Below are positions 1 through 13,435 of a stretch of DNA of 64,000 nt, piece after piece. Within the stretch, counting starts at the first letter, position 1, and every line of letters begins with the position of its first letter. The DNA is taken from NCBI RefSeq assembly GCF_036321535.1, contig NC_087436.1:11098001-11162000 (forward strand), given 5' to 3'. Source of the stretch: Camelus dromedarius. Lineage: Eukaryota. The notes under the pieces are model-generated. The model searched no databases. It worked only from the letters and a program-made list of their open reading frames with translations, and had not been told where the DNA came from. The translations under genes were made by a program, and so were the position numbers.

Positions 1-204
1 TTTAAAGTGCCTAGAGAAACAGAGAGAAAGCTCTCCCCTTCTACAGTGTTACAGCCTAACTGAGTATCTGTGTCAAGCTAGATCAAGTCAGTCCAAACAT
101 AGTTACTCTATGCCTAGAGCCACAGGGCACTAAGTCATACAATGGCAGGTCACAGTCCCTCCCTGGAGAAAGAGGGACAGTGGATTACAGAACAGGTTTC
201 GGCG

Positions 205-345
205 TCTGATAGACCCAGGCCCAATTCCACCTCTGTAGTTTTGATAACATAACTTTTCTGAACCTCAATTTCTGCACCTGCAAAATGGGAATAACACCTC
301 ATAGGGATCCTGATGATACTAGTGAAATGCTTAGTTCTGTTTGTG
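205..345 (+). mobile_element. MIR SINE fragment
   Basis: Core motif ctgaacctcaatttctgcacctgcaaaatgggaataacacctcatagg. Confidence 0.6.
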
Positions 346-1207
346 ACGATCTGAAGGATGCCCATGTGTTAGCTGTTTGTTGTTGCTGCAGGGTTTTATT
401 TTTGTCTTGTTTCAGTTGGATTTGGTTTGGGTTTGTTTTGTTTGAGAAAATCACTATCAAAGGGAGGGGAGCAAATTAAACCAGTAATTATTAAGTAATG
501 TCCAGGCACTCACACCAGTGGACCTCTCTCCTTTTTCAGTAAACATTTCTGTAACTATCATCTTAAGTGAACTATAAGAGGATACCTTTTATCTTAATAT
601 CTTAAGGTATGTGTCATGTGTGTGGACATAAATAATAGCAGATCCTTAAACACAAGTTTATTAAGAAGAGGGGAATGCTTTGAAGCAAATTAAGTTATGT
701 CCAGGTTATTAGCACTTCTCACAGTATAATCGGTCAAGGCCAGGCCTTAGTCAGACTCTGGGTCAGCCAAATCTACTCCAGAGGAAAGCACTAAGCATGC
801 CGAAGGTGCTAAGGGACAGTCACGCCTGGGATGGTTGCTGTGCTACGGAAAAGACCTCAAGCTCACAACATTCCCACAGCAAACTGTGTAATGTGCACAA
901 AAATCTCTTGAGGGGCTCTATTAGAACTCCTAATAGCCAAATGGCCATTTGGAAAATGTATGGTTCTTTCTATAACCTAGACCTTGGAACACATGAGCCA
1001 TCAATGGCAAACATAATCAGAGATTGCAGGAAAATGTTTCCATGTTAAAGATCTTGTCAGTTTCAGCCCCTCGCGTTACTCTCACTGGCATTGGTCCCCT
1101 GTGCCACATCACATCACCAAAGGCTTAGACCAAGAAAAGAGCTGAGTAATAAGATGGACCAAGACCATTATAGACTCAAAAGAGGACAGTGACCCAGGAA
1201 TCTATAG

Positions 1208-1740
1208 GTAGTTAGATAAGTGGGGACACTGGGCAGATAAGGTAGAAGAGAAAGAGGATGGTCCAGAAGATGGTGGGATGCTTGCCTTCAGCATAAAGGG
1301 GCTTTACTTCGTCTAAGTAAGTGCCAGCAAGAAACCGATTAGAACCCGATGGCCACGACTGCTCGGTAGCAACAAGGACCTAACTGGACGTGACCTAATG
1401 TTCACTGTAATATAATTAGCATTGTGGTTTTGCCCCCCGCCCATGGGTTTTTCTGTGTGCATCAAAAGGGGACGAGCAGGACTGAGCACTCCAGGGGCAA
1501 GAGCTGTCAATCAATCAAGAGATCACTTCTAAGCGAGGGTATAAGAGAAGGGACCAAACAAAGACCATTGCTATCCGCCCTTGGATCAGCCCACCTCCCA
1601 TTCCTGGAGGTGTACTTTCCCTTTGCTAATAAATCCTTTAAAATCTTTTGCTACACAATGCTTCTGTCTCCTGTCTGAATACTAATCTTTCAGGTAAGAC
1701 AAGAACTGGGGTCTTTTTTCCTTCCCCTTTTGGGGTAACA
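1208..1740 (+). mobile_element. Solo LTR, ERV1-like
   Basis: Ends ...ggggtaaca; TATA-like gtataaga near 1539; AATAAA at 1628; flanked by direct repeat ctatag (1202-1207 and 1741-1746). Confidence 0.75.
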
Positions 1741-3326
1741 CTATAGACCCAATGTACACAAAGTGCTGGGTAACTCTCCTGGCGTCACCCACAGGGGCAC
1801 TCTGCTCGTGAGATCAAGGCCATGAAGGTGCTCGTACTCCGTCACCCTCGCACTCCCAGACCAAGCCCCCATGTCCAACCATGAAAGGTTTCCGAGGAGG
1901 TCTGTCCCATAACATGCCACAGATCACAAAAATCTCATTTAACATAAACAAAAAAGCAAAAAGCAAAGGGATTTGACTCTGTGGGATGTCTGGGTCCTTA
2001 GAATATACTGATTGCAGAGTTGGGGGTTAGCAATGAGGGATTTCTCTTTTAACTCAGATTCAACTTTTTATTCTCTCCCCCTTGATCTGATAGACTATCC
2101 TGAAGGCATGATGTCTCCTGGGTTCCTTCCCAAGGAGCTTTTAGATCTTAGCTTCTGTGCTTTCTATGAAGTTATTTTCCTCTTACTGTGAATTTTCTGT
2201 TGACATTAATTAAGCTCCCTTTAGTGTTATGAGCGATTCGATAGCTGATCTAAAGCCTTTCACACATAAAAAATAACAAGTTGGAAAGAAAGCGAGTCAG
2301 TCATAAAAGAGATGTGGGATCTGTTTGAGTCGCTACATTATAAAAAGGTCAGCCCTTTAAACAGTCAACTTAAACAGGATGAAATTTGGGTTAAACCATC
2401 CCCCTGTGAGAGTTCACGAGCCCCTCGGCAGGCCCCCTCACGCCTGGGCGGGCTCCTAAGGTGTCCTTTTCATCTGGTGGATGTTACACTTCAGCAGTGG
2501 AACTGCTTTGCAAGTGGAGATCACGGGGGTCTCGGTGTCCCCCCAAATCAGATATGACCCAAACAAAGCTTCATCTTAGAAATTAAAGAGCAGACAGACC
2601 ATAGTGACAGTCCAAGAGTACATCCCAAGGGCAAGCCTTTAAAGAAGACTTTTAATACTGAGCACCTTGATTTATTGTCTTTATAACAGCTTGGATCTTG
2701 TTTTATCTTGTTGTGTTTTTTAATGTGACAAGTCAGGTCGGAAAGGTTAGGGTTTCCTGGGTAGTGACACACTCAGGGCATTAGAGGACCGTCACTCCCT
2801 GCTGGGTGCAAACACTCATTTCCCCTCTCTCTGCAGCATTCCTGGCTCCTCGTGTCTCCCACGGCATGAGAGTAGATATCTACCTCCACCAGTTCTGTCA
2901 CCTCTGTCCCAGGATGTAGCCACTGGGCAAGTTCCCCCGGGAGTACTTACAACAAAGATGATGACCTCCAGGCATGTGAATATTCTGTTCCTAGCCAGAG
3001 CCGCACTCCCTGAGCCCCAGGAAAGTTCTTTCCTGCTTTTCCCCACTCTATCTCAAGACCTGCCCTCAGTAAAAGCCCACCTCAGTGCAACTCCCTGTCC
3101 CCTTTCTCCTGAGCCCTGCCTTTATCCTCACAAGCTGGAGAAGACTTAACACCCCAATCCCACAGGAGAAGCTACAAAAGACACAAAATCTGCAAGAGCA
3201 ATATTCTTACTGAAAGATAAAAAGTTTTATGTCTTCACAACCTGTGTCAAAAAACCTCACTGTCTGAACACCTGACCCAACAGCTACCCTGAGGACTTCC
3301 CCCATCTTCCTATAAGGACCAAACTG

Positions 3327-3412
3327 GTGCTGAAGGCAAGTCCACGTGCCCCACACACCATGAGGCCAAACAAACTGAAGTGTGGGAGTTTGGAGCAGAG
3401 AAAGGTTTATTA
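3327..3412 (-). mobile_element. LTR end fragment (ERV1-like)
   Basis: tgaggccaaacaaactgaa...gagtttggagcagagaaaggtttatt resembles a laurasiatherian LTR end as I recall it. Confidence 0.45.
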
Positions 3413-3809
3413 TATTTGCCTCTTAAAAACAAATAGCTAAAAACCACCTAGGCCCTTCGAGTCAGCCCTAGAAGAGTTTGTAACCAAAATATCCAAGATG
3501 CTTTTAAAAATAACTTAAAACATAGCCAGCCTGTATTGTAACAGTGAGAAGTAGCCCAAAAAGTATATATAAAAAACACCACCCTCATCAAGGAGCTAGT
3601 AAGGAATTTTTAGTGAGGCCTATGTAGTAAATAATTCAATAAAGAAGTAAAAATCAACTATAAATATTGTATGTATCCTTTAATATATTAAATACCAATC
3701 ATTATCAGCAGAGTTTCAAAATGGCTGTTCTGTTAGCATAAGCATTGTGTTGCCAAGTCCGCCAAGCTCAGCAGAGTAGTGTCCGTTGAATTCATAGAAG
3801 AGTATGTTT

Positions 3810-4012
3810 CCAGGGACAGGTTTTGGAGTCCCACAGCTCTGCCACTAAGTAGCCATATGATCGCAGCCTCTATAAACCTCAGAGTTCACATCTATAAAAT
3901 GGGAATTATGTCTAACTCAGAGATTTGCTGTGAAGATTAAATGTGTGCTAATGTGGGTCGAGTCTTCACCACGGAGACCGACACAGAGTTAACCAACAAA
4001 TGGTAGTAATTT
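3810..4012 (+). mobile_element. MIR SINE
   Basis: ctctgccactaagtag...cctcagagttcacatctataaaatggg...gtgaagattaaatg. Confidence 0.65.
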
Positions 4013-4179
4013 TTATTACTTGTGAAATGAGTGATTGGGTTACAAACATATATAAATTGTGAATGTTGCTTTAACCTACTTGTGTCTGATCTGTAAACCT
4101 GCCAGAAACAGAGACTGAAAGAGAGCAAAGTGTGTTTACCCAGATAGTCAGCTAATGCTAATTTAGAATTGATTATTCT

Positions 4180-4632
4180 AAAATAATGCCGTTTGCAGCA
4201 ACATGGATGGAACTGAAGACTGTCATACTAGGTGAAGTAAGTCAGACACACAAAGACAAATATCATAAGATAGCACTTATATGTGGAATCTTTAAAAAAT
4301 AACACAAATTAACTTATTTACAAAACAGAATCAGACTCACAGACATAGAAAACAAACGGATGATTACCAAAGGGGAAAGGGGAGGGAGGAATAAATTAGG
4401 AGTTTGGAATTAGCAGGTACTAACTACTATATATAAAATAGGTAAACAACAAGGTCCAACTGTATAGCACAGGGGAATATATTCAATACATTGTAACTGC
4501 CTATAATGAAAAAGAATATGAAAAGGAATATATATATACATATATGCAAAACTGAATCACTATGCTGTACACCAGAAACTAACACAACACTGTAAATCAA
4601 TTACACTTCAATTAAAAAAAATTGTTAAAAAA
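4180..4632 (+). mobile_element. L1 3' end (artiodactyl/camelid type)
   Basis: atgccgtttgcagcaacatggatgga...ctgtatagcacagggg...cacttcaattaaaaaaa. Confidence 0.85.
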
Positions 4633-4885
4633 ATTGACGACTCTTCTTTCTTAATTACTTCTCATTTGACTTACTTTTTTCATCCTCTTAGTTTAACTTT
4701 TCATTTCAAAGCATAATGAAAATGTTTCATCTTTATTCAGACCAAATTACATCTCTGTTTAAAAAAACAACCAGATAAACTATATATTGTCATAATTCCA
4801 CTGAGGATTTTCCTTCCAGGAAAGTAAGGATTCCTCCTTGATAGGACAACAATGAGAAAACACAAAAATAAAAAGGAGTTGTTGA

Positions 4886-5045
4886 GGGGGGAGGGTATAG
4901 TGCAAATTGTAGAGGGCAAGCTTTGCATGCTTGAGGCCCTGGGTTCAATCCCCAGTACCTCCTCAAAAAATAAAATATAACCTACTTACCTCCCCCTGCC
5001 AATTTAAAATAAAATAAAATTATACAATAATTTAAAAAAATTTTT
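4886..5045 (+). mobile_element. tRNA-derived SINE (Vic-1-like)
   Basis: ggggagggtatag head, B-box ggttcaatccc, A-rich tail, TSD aaaaaggagttgttga (4870-4885 and 5046-5061). Confidence 0.85.
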
Positions 5046-5586
5046 AAAAAGGAGTTGTTGATATACAATTAACATTCAATGGTGCTAACGAAGGAAAAAA
5101 TAACTAAGATGGACTGATATATTCCCCAAAGTTATTACACACATTTCTGTAACAGGAAAGTAAGCTTCTAAAACATAGCAGCAATGGAGAGAGGACAAAG
5201 GATACTTCGTGCAGAAGAAAAAAAGCATCCCAGAGCCCAAAGGCAGTGTACACAAGTCAAAAGGCAGACAGTTCATACATAAGAACTGGGAAAGTATTGA
5301 ATTTCCAGCCACTGACATTAATATGCTTTTTCTGCATATTACTGATAACTTTATGTATCAATTAAAAATATAAAGAGACCTAAAAGTTAAGGAAAAAATT
5401 CACATCAACTTATTCAATCATTCCATCATGGGTCTGAGTAATTTAGATGAGTAACTGCAAGATACAGAAAACATTGTGTTTCCTGCTCAAAAGTGCTTCT
5501 ATATTAGAACAGTTGAGCGCCACACAGCACGGCAGCTAGAGGAGCTTAGACTGGAAAGCATCCTTATCTGCCTTTGAAGCAAGAAT

Positions 5587-5915
5587 TTTTTTTTTTAAAC
5601 TGAGGTATAGTCGGCTTACAATGTTGTCAATATCTGGTGCACAGCAGAATGTTTCAGTCATACATACACATACATATATTCCTCTGCAGATTCTTTTTCA
5701 TTATACGTTACTAGAAGATATTGAATATATTTCCCTGTGCTCTGCAGAAGAAACTTGCTGTTTATCTATTTTATATATAGTAGTTAGCATCTGCAAATCT
5801 CAAACTCCCAACTGATTTCTTTCCGCCCTCTCCCCGCAAGTAACCATAAGTTTGATCTCTATGTCTGTGAGTCTGTTTCTGTTTTGTAAATAAATTTATT
5901 TGTGTCTTTTTTTAT
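5587..5915 (-). mobile_element. L1 3' end
   Basis: Poly-T followed by the reverse complement of the L1 3' UTR seen at 4180-4632. Confidence 0.8.
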
Positions 5916-6904
5916 TAATTGATTTTTATTGTTCACAGAATGCAATGAATCTGTTTCCTCACATTATTGGATTCACACAGATCATGCTCTGTTGAAGGAT
6001 CTTGCCTAGTCCAAGCATTTCCTTAGGAAGGGCCACTGTCACTGAACAGTTTGTGCAATGTAACATACATTTTTTTTTGTTCTTGGTAAATTAAAAAAAA
6101 AAAACCTGACCAGTGATCTCCATCATCCCCATTATTTAGCCATGTAACTAATATGTTGTTGCCTATTTCATTACAGTATTTATGAATTAAATCTACCATT
6201 AAGATGATTTTTCTGCTAAGAATTTGTTATGCAAGAGCCAAAGGACCAAGATTACATCCCCTTATGGGACAATTTAGATCAGAAGACCTCTGACGCCACA
6301 GTCAATGGGCTTGTTGCAATTTGTTTCCTTGTTTTATCAAGGACTCTGCTGTGCCAGACATGTGTACCTGCAGAGATTGTACAGTGATGCATTTCAGATA
6401 GTGACAAATGCCAAACCCACAAGACAATCTTTGAGAGATGAAACTTCACTTTATAGTTTATTATTTTTGAGATTTTCAAAAACGTCAGGAAGTAAGTCAG
6501 GAGAAAGAACTGCTCTGCACATTTCTGCTAAATCGCCATTTCTGCTAACCCTGAGTATGGTGCATGTGCCCAGCTTTTGTTTTACAGAGATGCACTCCAG
6601 TTCCCTCTAATAAATCTTGTGCTCTGCAACCAGATTTAACTAGATAGAGTTATTCTCTCAGACCTTAATAAATGGGATTATGACTGAACATCTAGGCATC
6701 TTCTAAGTTATGACCTCATGCCTCATAAAAGAGGAATGAAGTTGTGTTGGAGTGTTTTAAAAAGCTAACCCTTGTGCCTCAATCACATCATAACTAGAGG
6801 GAGATTCCCCTTGTTTGGAGGTTATTAGGGCAGAGACAAAGAAAATGAAAAGCATCTATGAAATGCACAGCTTGGGTTTATGACAAATAGAGGTGTGTTC
6901 ACTA

Positions 6905-7172
6905 TTTTTTTTTTGCTTCAAGTATATACATTTTTATTATATATATATTTATTGAAGTATAGTCAGTTTACAAAGTTGTGTTAATTTCTGGTGTACGGCA
7001 TAATGCTTCAGTCATACAAGAATATACATATATTTGTTTTCACATTCTTCTTCACCATAAGTTACTACAAGATATTGAATATAGTTCCCTGTGCTATACA
7101 TAAAAACTTGTTCTTTATCTATTTTATATATAACAGTTAGTACCTGCACATCACAAACTCCCGATTTATCCC
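6905..7172 (-). mobile_element. L1 3' end
   Basis: tttattgaagtatagtcagtttaca...atatagttccctgtgctataca. Confidence 0.8.
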
Positions 7173-7423
7173 TTTAAAATAAGCTCCTTCCCACCTCCTA
7201 CTGGTGACTTCTCAAAGGAAATACATTAATTACAAACCAGAAAGATGCTCTTCCAGAGCACTGGGGGAAGACTTTGGTGCTTGGTAATCAATCATGGGGA
7301 ACAATTGAAGGTGCTGCTCACGTGTGACACCATATGTGTGAATTGGAGGGGAAAAGCCAATTGCCCCGAATGAACTTGCATATACCCATATAAATAGTCA
7401 CACTGGGTCTCTCTGCTCCTCAC

Positions 7424-7625
7424 CTCCAAGTCAGATGGAAGATTTAAAAGCACGACAGCAGCCGCCTGGTTGAGGATACTAAGTAGCGTTGAGAGGAACA
7501 TGTCAAGGCCCTTTGGCTGAAGTCTGTTGTTATCCATTTGGATGTGTTCTTCATACCATATGTCAGACTAAAGCCAGCTTCCTCCACCAGAAATGCCAAA
7601 AACCACCAAGAAGGCATCCCTGAGC
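7424..7625 (-). pseudogene. Candidate exon, 202 nt, phase 2-0: LRDAFLVVFGISGGGSWL*SDIWYEEHIQMDNNRLQPKGLDMFLSTLLSILNQAAAVVLLNLPSDLE
   Basis: Acceptor gattatttcag, donor GAG|gtgagg, one stop in 67 codons. A neighbouring AG..GT segment lies at 7792-7985 (donor AAG|gtaagg). Confidence 0.45.
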
Positions 7626-9029
7626 CTGAAATAATCACTTTTAAAGTGTTAGGTGAGATGGTTAGAAGAGATACTTTTTAAACTAGCAAAATGGTTGTTC
7701 CAACCTGGACGAGCACAGTGAGACCATGCCAGAGAGGTGCTGCTGTCTCAGCGAAGGGAGGAGCCGACGAGGCGGCTATCCCTAGCCTTACCTTCTATGC
7801 GTTATTTAAACATAAAGTCTGAGCTACAGAAGAATGCAAGAAGAATGCAAATGCCACGTTACCACCAATGTCTGCGTGAGGACTCATTCCCTGCCAATGA
7901 ATTATGCCCAGATGATAATGATACACTTTATGAGAAAATTGGATTCTCCTCCATAAAAAGAAGATTTGGATTCTTGTTGGAATCACTTAAAGGAAGGTTA
8001 ATAACCATTTTATCTATTGGATTTCACATCACTTTTCTGTACGACTATTCACAGTGATTCTTTCCCTATTGTGAAAGAATAATGTGTCTTTGTTCAAAAT
8101 GTATAACTCTTCCAACTTCAAATAAGCCTGTGAAGCCCATGTTCCTCAGAGGGTGTAACAGGTGGCCTGGTCGTAATCAGCCCCTGCTATCCAGATGGAA
8201 CCATCAGGTAAGTGTGCCTCTTCCAGCTATTTCTCAATAATGTGGTCTTAGGGTTTATTATGAAATACAGTGGAAAGACTAATAGAGAATGGATAAAAAA
8301 GTTCATTCTTTAAGATAATAGCAATTTGTAGTTTAGAATGCATTAAACTCCAGTAGGCACATGTGCACACACACACACACACACACACCCCATGTGGGAT
8401 TCCAGTTCCTTAGACTGTAAGCTCTTTGATGACATAGCCTATGTCTCAATTCACCACTGACTCTCCAGCAAGTGTCTGGTATCCATCAGGTGCTTAACAA
8501 TATCATGGAGCATGTTAACTATCTGATCTCCAGCAAATGGTGAAAATCTTTGGTTAGGTATGGCCAAATGAGTGATTTTCTTCTAGCTTAATCCGAGATC
8601 TCCTTTTTTTATTTTGATAAATCTATTTTGGGTGGCCTACATTTTTCCATAAAAATTTGCATGATCAGACTGCCTATAATTGCCAAGTGTTAATACCACA
8701 AACACTTAAATCCTCATTGACCGATTTCTAAGGGATTTTGGCCTTTATTCAATGTTTCTTGAACTGTCAGGTAGACATAAACTCCGGAATAACTTCCTGT
8801 TGAGTTTTGTTGTCCATGGATTTCTCTCCACTTGCTGTGTTTAATAGTGGTTTGCTTCTTTACTAGCAATAGGAAAAGAGTTTTGTCTTGTTTGTTTTGT
8901 TTCAGAAGGGATTTCTGGGTAAGGGTTTAATCTAAAAATCAATTCTAGCATTGGGCAGAAACAGAGACATTACGAAACTTCTAGAGTAGCACTGTTAAAT
9001 CTATTCCCCAGATGGCATTACTTAAAAAC

Positions 9030-11855
9030 AAAAAAACAGATTCAATAAAATCCCTATGAAAAGTCCAAAGGCATTTTTCACAGAAATGGAAACCCAATGT
9101 TAAAATTTGTATGGAACCACAAAAGACCAAAACAGCCAAAGCAATCCAGCTGAAGAACAAACCTGGATATGATCCCCCAGGACATTTGACTTTGAGGGCC
9201 AGTGGGGCTCACTTTCAGGAGGCCCAGAGGGCTGTAGGAAATAGAGGCTCCACTCTTAAAGAGTACACACAAATCTCACATGCTCCAGGCCTCAGGGAAG
9301 AGGCAGTCATTTGAAAGGAGCCTGGGTCAGACTCACTTGCTCATCTTGGAGAGCCACCAGACAATGAGGGGGGAACTGGAGCTCACCCTGGGGACCTGGA
9401 GGCTGGCAGCTGCCATTTTGGGGAGTTCATTCTACCATGAGGACACTGGTGCCGGCAGGCACCATTTTGGAGTCTTCCCTCTAGCTTATTAGTACCAGAA
9501 CCCAGCACCACCTACCAGCCTGAACTCATACCAAGCATCTTTTTTGACCACAATGCTATGAGATTAGATATCAACTACAAGAAAAAAAAAACTGCAAAAA
9601 ACACAAAACACATGGAGGCTAAACAATATGCTGTTAAACAACCAATGGGTGACTGAAAAAAATAAAAGAAGGAATAAAAAAATACTTGGAGACAAATGAA
9701 AATGAACACTCAATGATCCTTAATCTAGGGATGGACCAAAAGCAGCTCTAAGAGGGAAGTTTATAGTGACACAAGCCTATCTCAGGGAAAGGAAAATCTT
9801 AAAAAAAAAAAAAAATCTAACCTTACACCTAAAGGAACCAGAAAAAGAAAACCAAATGAAATCCAGTTAGTAGAAGGAAAGAAATCATAAAGATGAGAGC
9901 AGAAAGTAATGAAATAGAGACAAAAAACAATAGAAAAGTTCAATGAGATTAAGCTACAGTCATCAAAACAGCATGGTACTGGCACAAAATCAGACACATA
10001 AATCGATGGAACAGAATAGAGAGCCTAGAAATTAGCCAACACTTATGTGGGCAATTAATCTTAAAAGACACAAGAACATACATTCGAGAAAAGACAGCCT
10101 CTTCAATAAATGGTGCTGGGAAAATAGGATAGCTATATGCTAAAGAATCAAACTGGACCACTCTCTCACACATGCACACACACACACACACAAAATCCAA
10201 AATAGATTAAAAACTTAAACATAAGACCTAAAACCATAAAACTTCTGGAAGAAAACATAGACAATATGTTCTTTGACATGAGAGGTTTTTTTTTTTTACA
10301 TTAGTCTTAGTAATTTTTTTTGTATGTGTCTCCTCAGGCAAGGGAAACAAAAGCAAAGATAAACAAATGTGACTATATCAAACTAAAAAGCTTTTGCACA
10401 GTGAAGAAAACTATCAACAAATGAAAAGGTCATACTGAATGGGAGAAGATATTTGCAAATCACATATCTGATAACAGGTTAATATCCAAAATATACAATG
10501 AACTCATACAACTCAACATCAAAAAATAAGCAACCCAATTTTAAAAAGGGCAAAGGACCTGAATAGGTAATTTTCCAAAGAAAATATACAGTTGGCCAAC
10601 AGGCACATAGAAAAGATGCTCAATATCACTAATCATCAGTGAAATGCAAATCAAAACCACAGTGAGATCACCTCACACCTGTTAGAATGGTTATTATCAA
10701 AAAGACAACAAATAGCAAGCTTTGGCAAGGGTGTGGACAAAAGGGAACTCCCATGCACTGTTAATGGAAATGTAAATTGGTGTAGCCACTATGGAAAACA
10801 ATATCAAAATAATTAAAAATAGGACTACCAAATGATCCAGAAATTCCACTCCTGGATATTTATCTGAACAAAAACACTACTTAGAAAATATATATGCACC
10901 ACTTTGTTCAGTGCAGCATTATTTACAATATATAAGATATAGGAGCAACCTAAGTGTCCATCATACAGGAATGGATAAAGAAGATGTGATATATATATAA
11001 TGGAATATTACTGAGCTATAAAAATAATGAAATCTTGCCATTTGTGACAACATGGATGGACCACGGGAAATAAGAGGGTATAAGCAAAGTGGAATATGTC
11101 AGACAGAGAAATATAAATACTGTATTATTTCACTTATATGTGGACACTAAAGAACAAAGCAAATTAACAAATATAATGAAATAGAAGAGAGTTATAGATA
11201 CAGAGATAAATAGGTGGTTGCCAGAGGGAGGGGAGAGGGAGGCAGGGAAGAAATGAGAAAGAGAGATTAAGAGGTGCAAATTTCCCATTGCAAAATACAC
11301 GAGTTGCTGGTATGAATGTACAGTGTAGGGAATATAGTTGATAACTATGTAATAATATCTTTGTATGGTGGCATCATAATGACATTTGATGGTAATCATT
11401 TTGAAATGTATAGAAATATAGAATTGCTGTTGACTAACAGGAACATAGTGTTGTAGGTCAATTATAATTCAAAACAAAAAGATTAATAGAAAAAGAGATA
11501 CAACTTGTAGTTATCAGAGGCAGAAGGTGGAGAGAGGGGCTATTGGATGAAGGTTGTCAAAAGGTACAAATCTATGTGTTAAGATAGATAAGTATTAGGG
11601 ATGTAATGTGCAACACGATAAATATAATTAACACTGCTGTTGTTAGATGCATAGGTTGTAAAGAGAGTATATCCTAAGAGTTCTCATTACAAGGAAATTT
11701 TTTTTCTATTTATTTTGTATCTATATGAGATGATGGATGTTTACTAAACTTATTGTGTCAATCATTTCACGATATATAAGTCAAATCATTATGCTGTACA
11801 CCTTAAACTTATACAGTGTTATATGTCAATTATATCTCAATAAAATTGGAGAAAA
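9030..11855 (+). mobile_element. Rearranged L1 (L1MA9-like 3' end): ORF2 piece, 5'UTR-like piece, two ORF2 pieces, 3' UTR
   Basis: Degenerate ORF2 motifs (gcatggtactggcacaaa, aataaatggtgctggga, cacctcacacctgttagaatgg). The 3' UTR ends atatctcaataaaattggagaaaaaa. Confidence 0.85.
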
Positions 11856-11859
11856 AAGA

Positions 11860-13435
11860 AGTAAGGTCCTTAATATCAGTCTTGGCAATAACTTTTTGGA
11901 TTTGACATCAAAAGCTAAAAGAAAAAGGGAAAAATAAACAAGTGGGATTACATCAAACTGAAAAGTTCTGCACAGCAAAAGAAACAATGAACAAAATGAC
12001 AAGGCAATCTATGGAAATATTTACAAATCATATATCTGAGATGGTATTAATATCCAAAGTATATAAAGAATGCTTATAACTTAATAAGAGAAAAACAAAA
12101 AACCTAATTAAAATATGGACAGAAGAATTGAACAGATGTTTCTCAAAGAAGACATAAGATGGCAAAAAGGTATACAAAAGTATTCGAATCACTCATCATC
12201 AGGAAAATTCAAATCAAAATGATAATGAGATATGACCTCACATCAAAAAGACAAGAGATAACAAATGCTGGGGAGAATATGGAGAAAAAGAACCCCTGTG
12301 CACTGTGGGTGAGAATGTAAACTGGTGCAGCCGCTATAGAAAACAGCATGGAGTTTTCTCAAAAAATTAAAAATAAAACTACTATATGATTCAGCAATCC
12401 AACTTCTCTGTATATATCCAAAGGAAATGAAAGCAGCATCTCAAAGAGACATCTGCATTGCCATGTTCATTGCAATGTTATTCAGAATAGTTAAGCTACA
12501 GAAACAACCCAAGTGTCTGTCAACAGATGAATGGATAAAGATAAGGTATGTATGTGCAATAGAATATTATGCAGGAGTGAGTAAGAAGGAAATTCTGCCA
12601 TCACAGATGGACCATGAGGGCATCATGCTGAGTGAAAGAAGTCAGACAGAGAAAGACAAATGCTATATGATCTCACTTATATGTAACATCTGGAAAAGCC
12701 AAATTCATAGAAACAGAGTAGAGTGGTAGTTACCAGGGACTGGAGGCTTGGAGGAGACTGGGATGTGGTGGTCAAAGCATGCAAACTTCCAGTTATAAGA
12801 GGAATAACTTGTGGAGATCTAACATACAGCATGATGATTATAGTTAAATTATACTGTATTGTATATTTGAACTGAGTTCATAAATGTTCTCAGTACAAAA
12901 AAAGAAATGGTAATTATGTGACATGAAGGAGGTGTTCACTAAGGCTGGGTGATCATCATTTTGCAACTTATGAATGTGTATGTGCGTTTGTATATATATA
13001 TACACACGCACATACACATAATTACACAACTTACATGTCAATTATATTTCTTTTTTGGATATACTTTTATTGAAGTAGAGTCAGTTTACAGTATTGTGTC
13101 AATTTCTGGTGCACAGCACAATGCTTCAGTCATATAGGAACATACATATTTTTGTCTTCATATTCTTTTTCACCATAAATTACTATAGGATATTGAATGT
13201 GGTTCCCTGTGCTATACAGTATAAACTTGTTGTTTATTGGATTTTGAGAGAATCCTCCTGTATTTGAAAACCAGAGACACTCTGCCAGAGTTCAGTAGGT
13301 GTTCTGTGTGATACAGTGGGTTTGTAGATGTAATTCTTGGTGTACTTGTGGGAGAGGGTGAGCTGTGAGTCTCTCTACTCCAACATCTTGGCTCCGCCTT
13401 ACATGTCAATTATATTTCTAAAAAGCTGGGGATAA
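11860..13435 (+). mobile_element. Older L1 (ORF2 C-terminus and 3' UTR), interrupted at 13051-13397
   Basis: ORF 12427..12729 resembles the L1 ORF2 C-terminus (QPKCLSTDEWIK...EYY...MLSERSQTEKDKCYMISLIC). Confidence 0.8.
13051..13397 (-). mobile_element. Mini-L1: L1 5' end fused to L1 3' end
   Basis: Minus strand begins GCGGAGCCAAGATG and ends AATAAAAG..AAAAAA; 22-bp TSD cttacatgtcaattatatttct (13030-13051 and 13398-13419). Confidence 0.75.
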
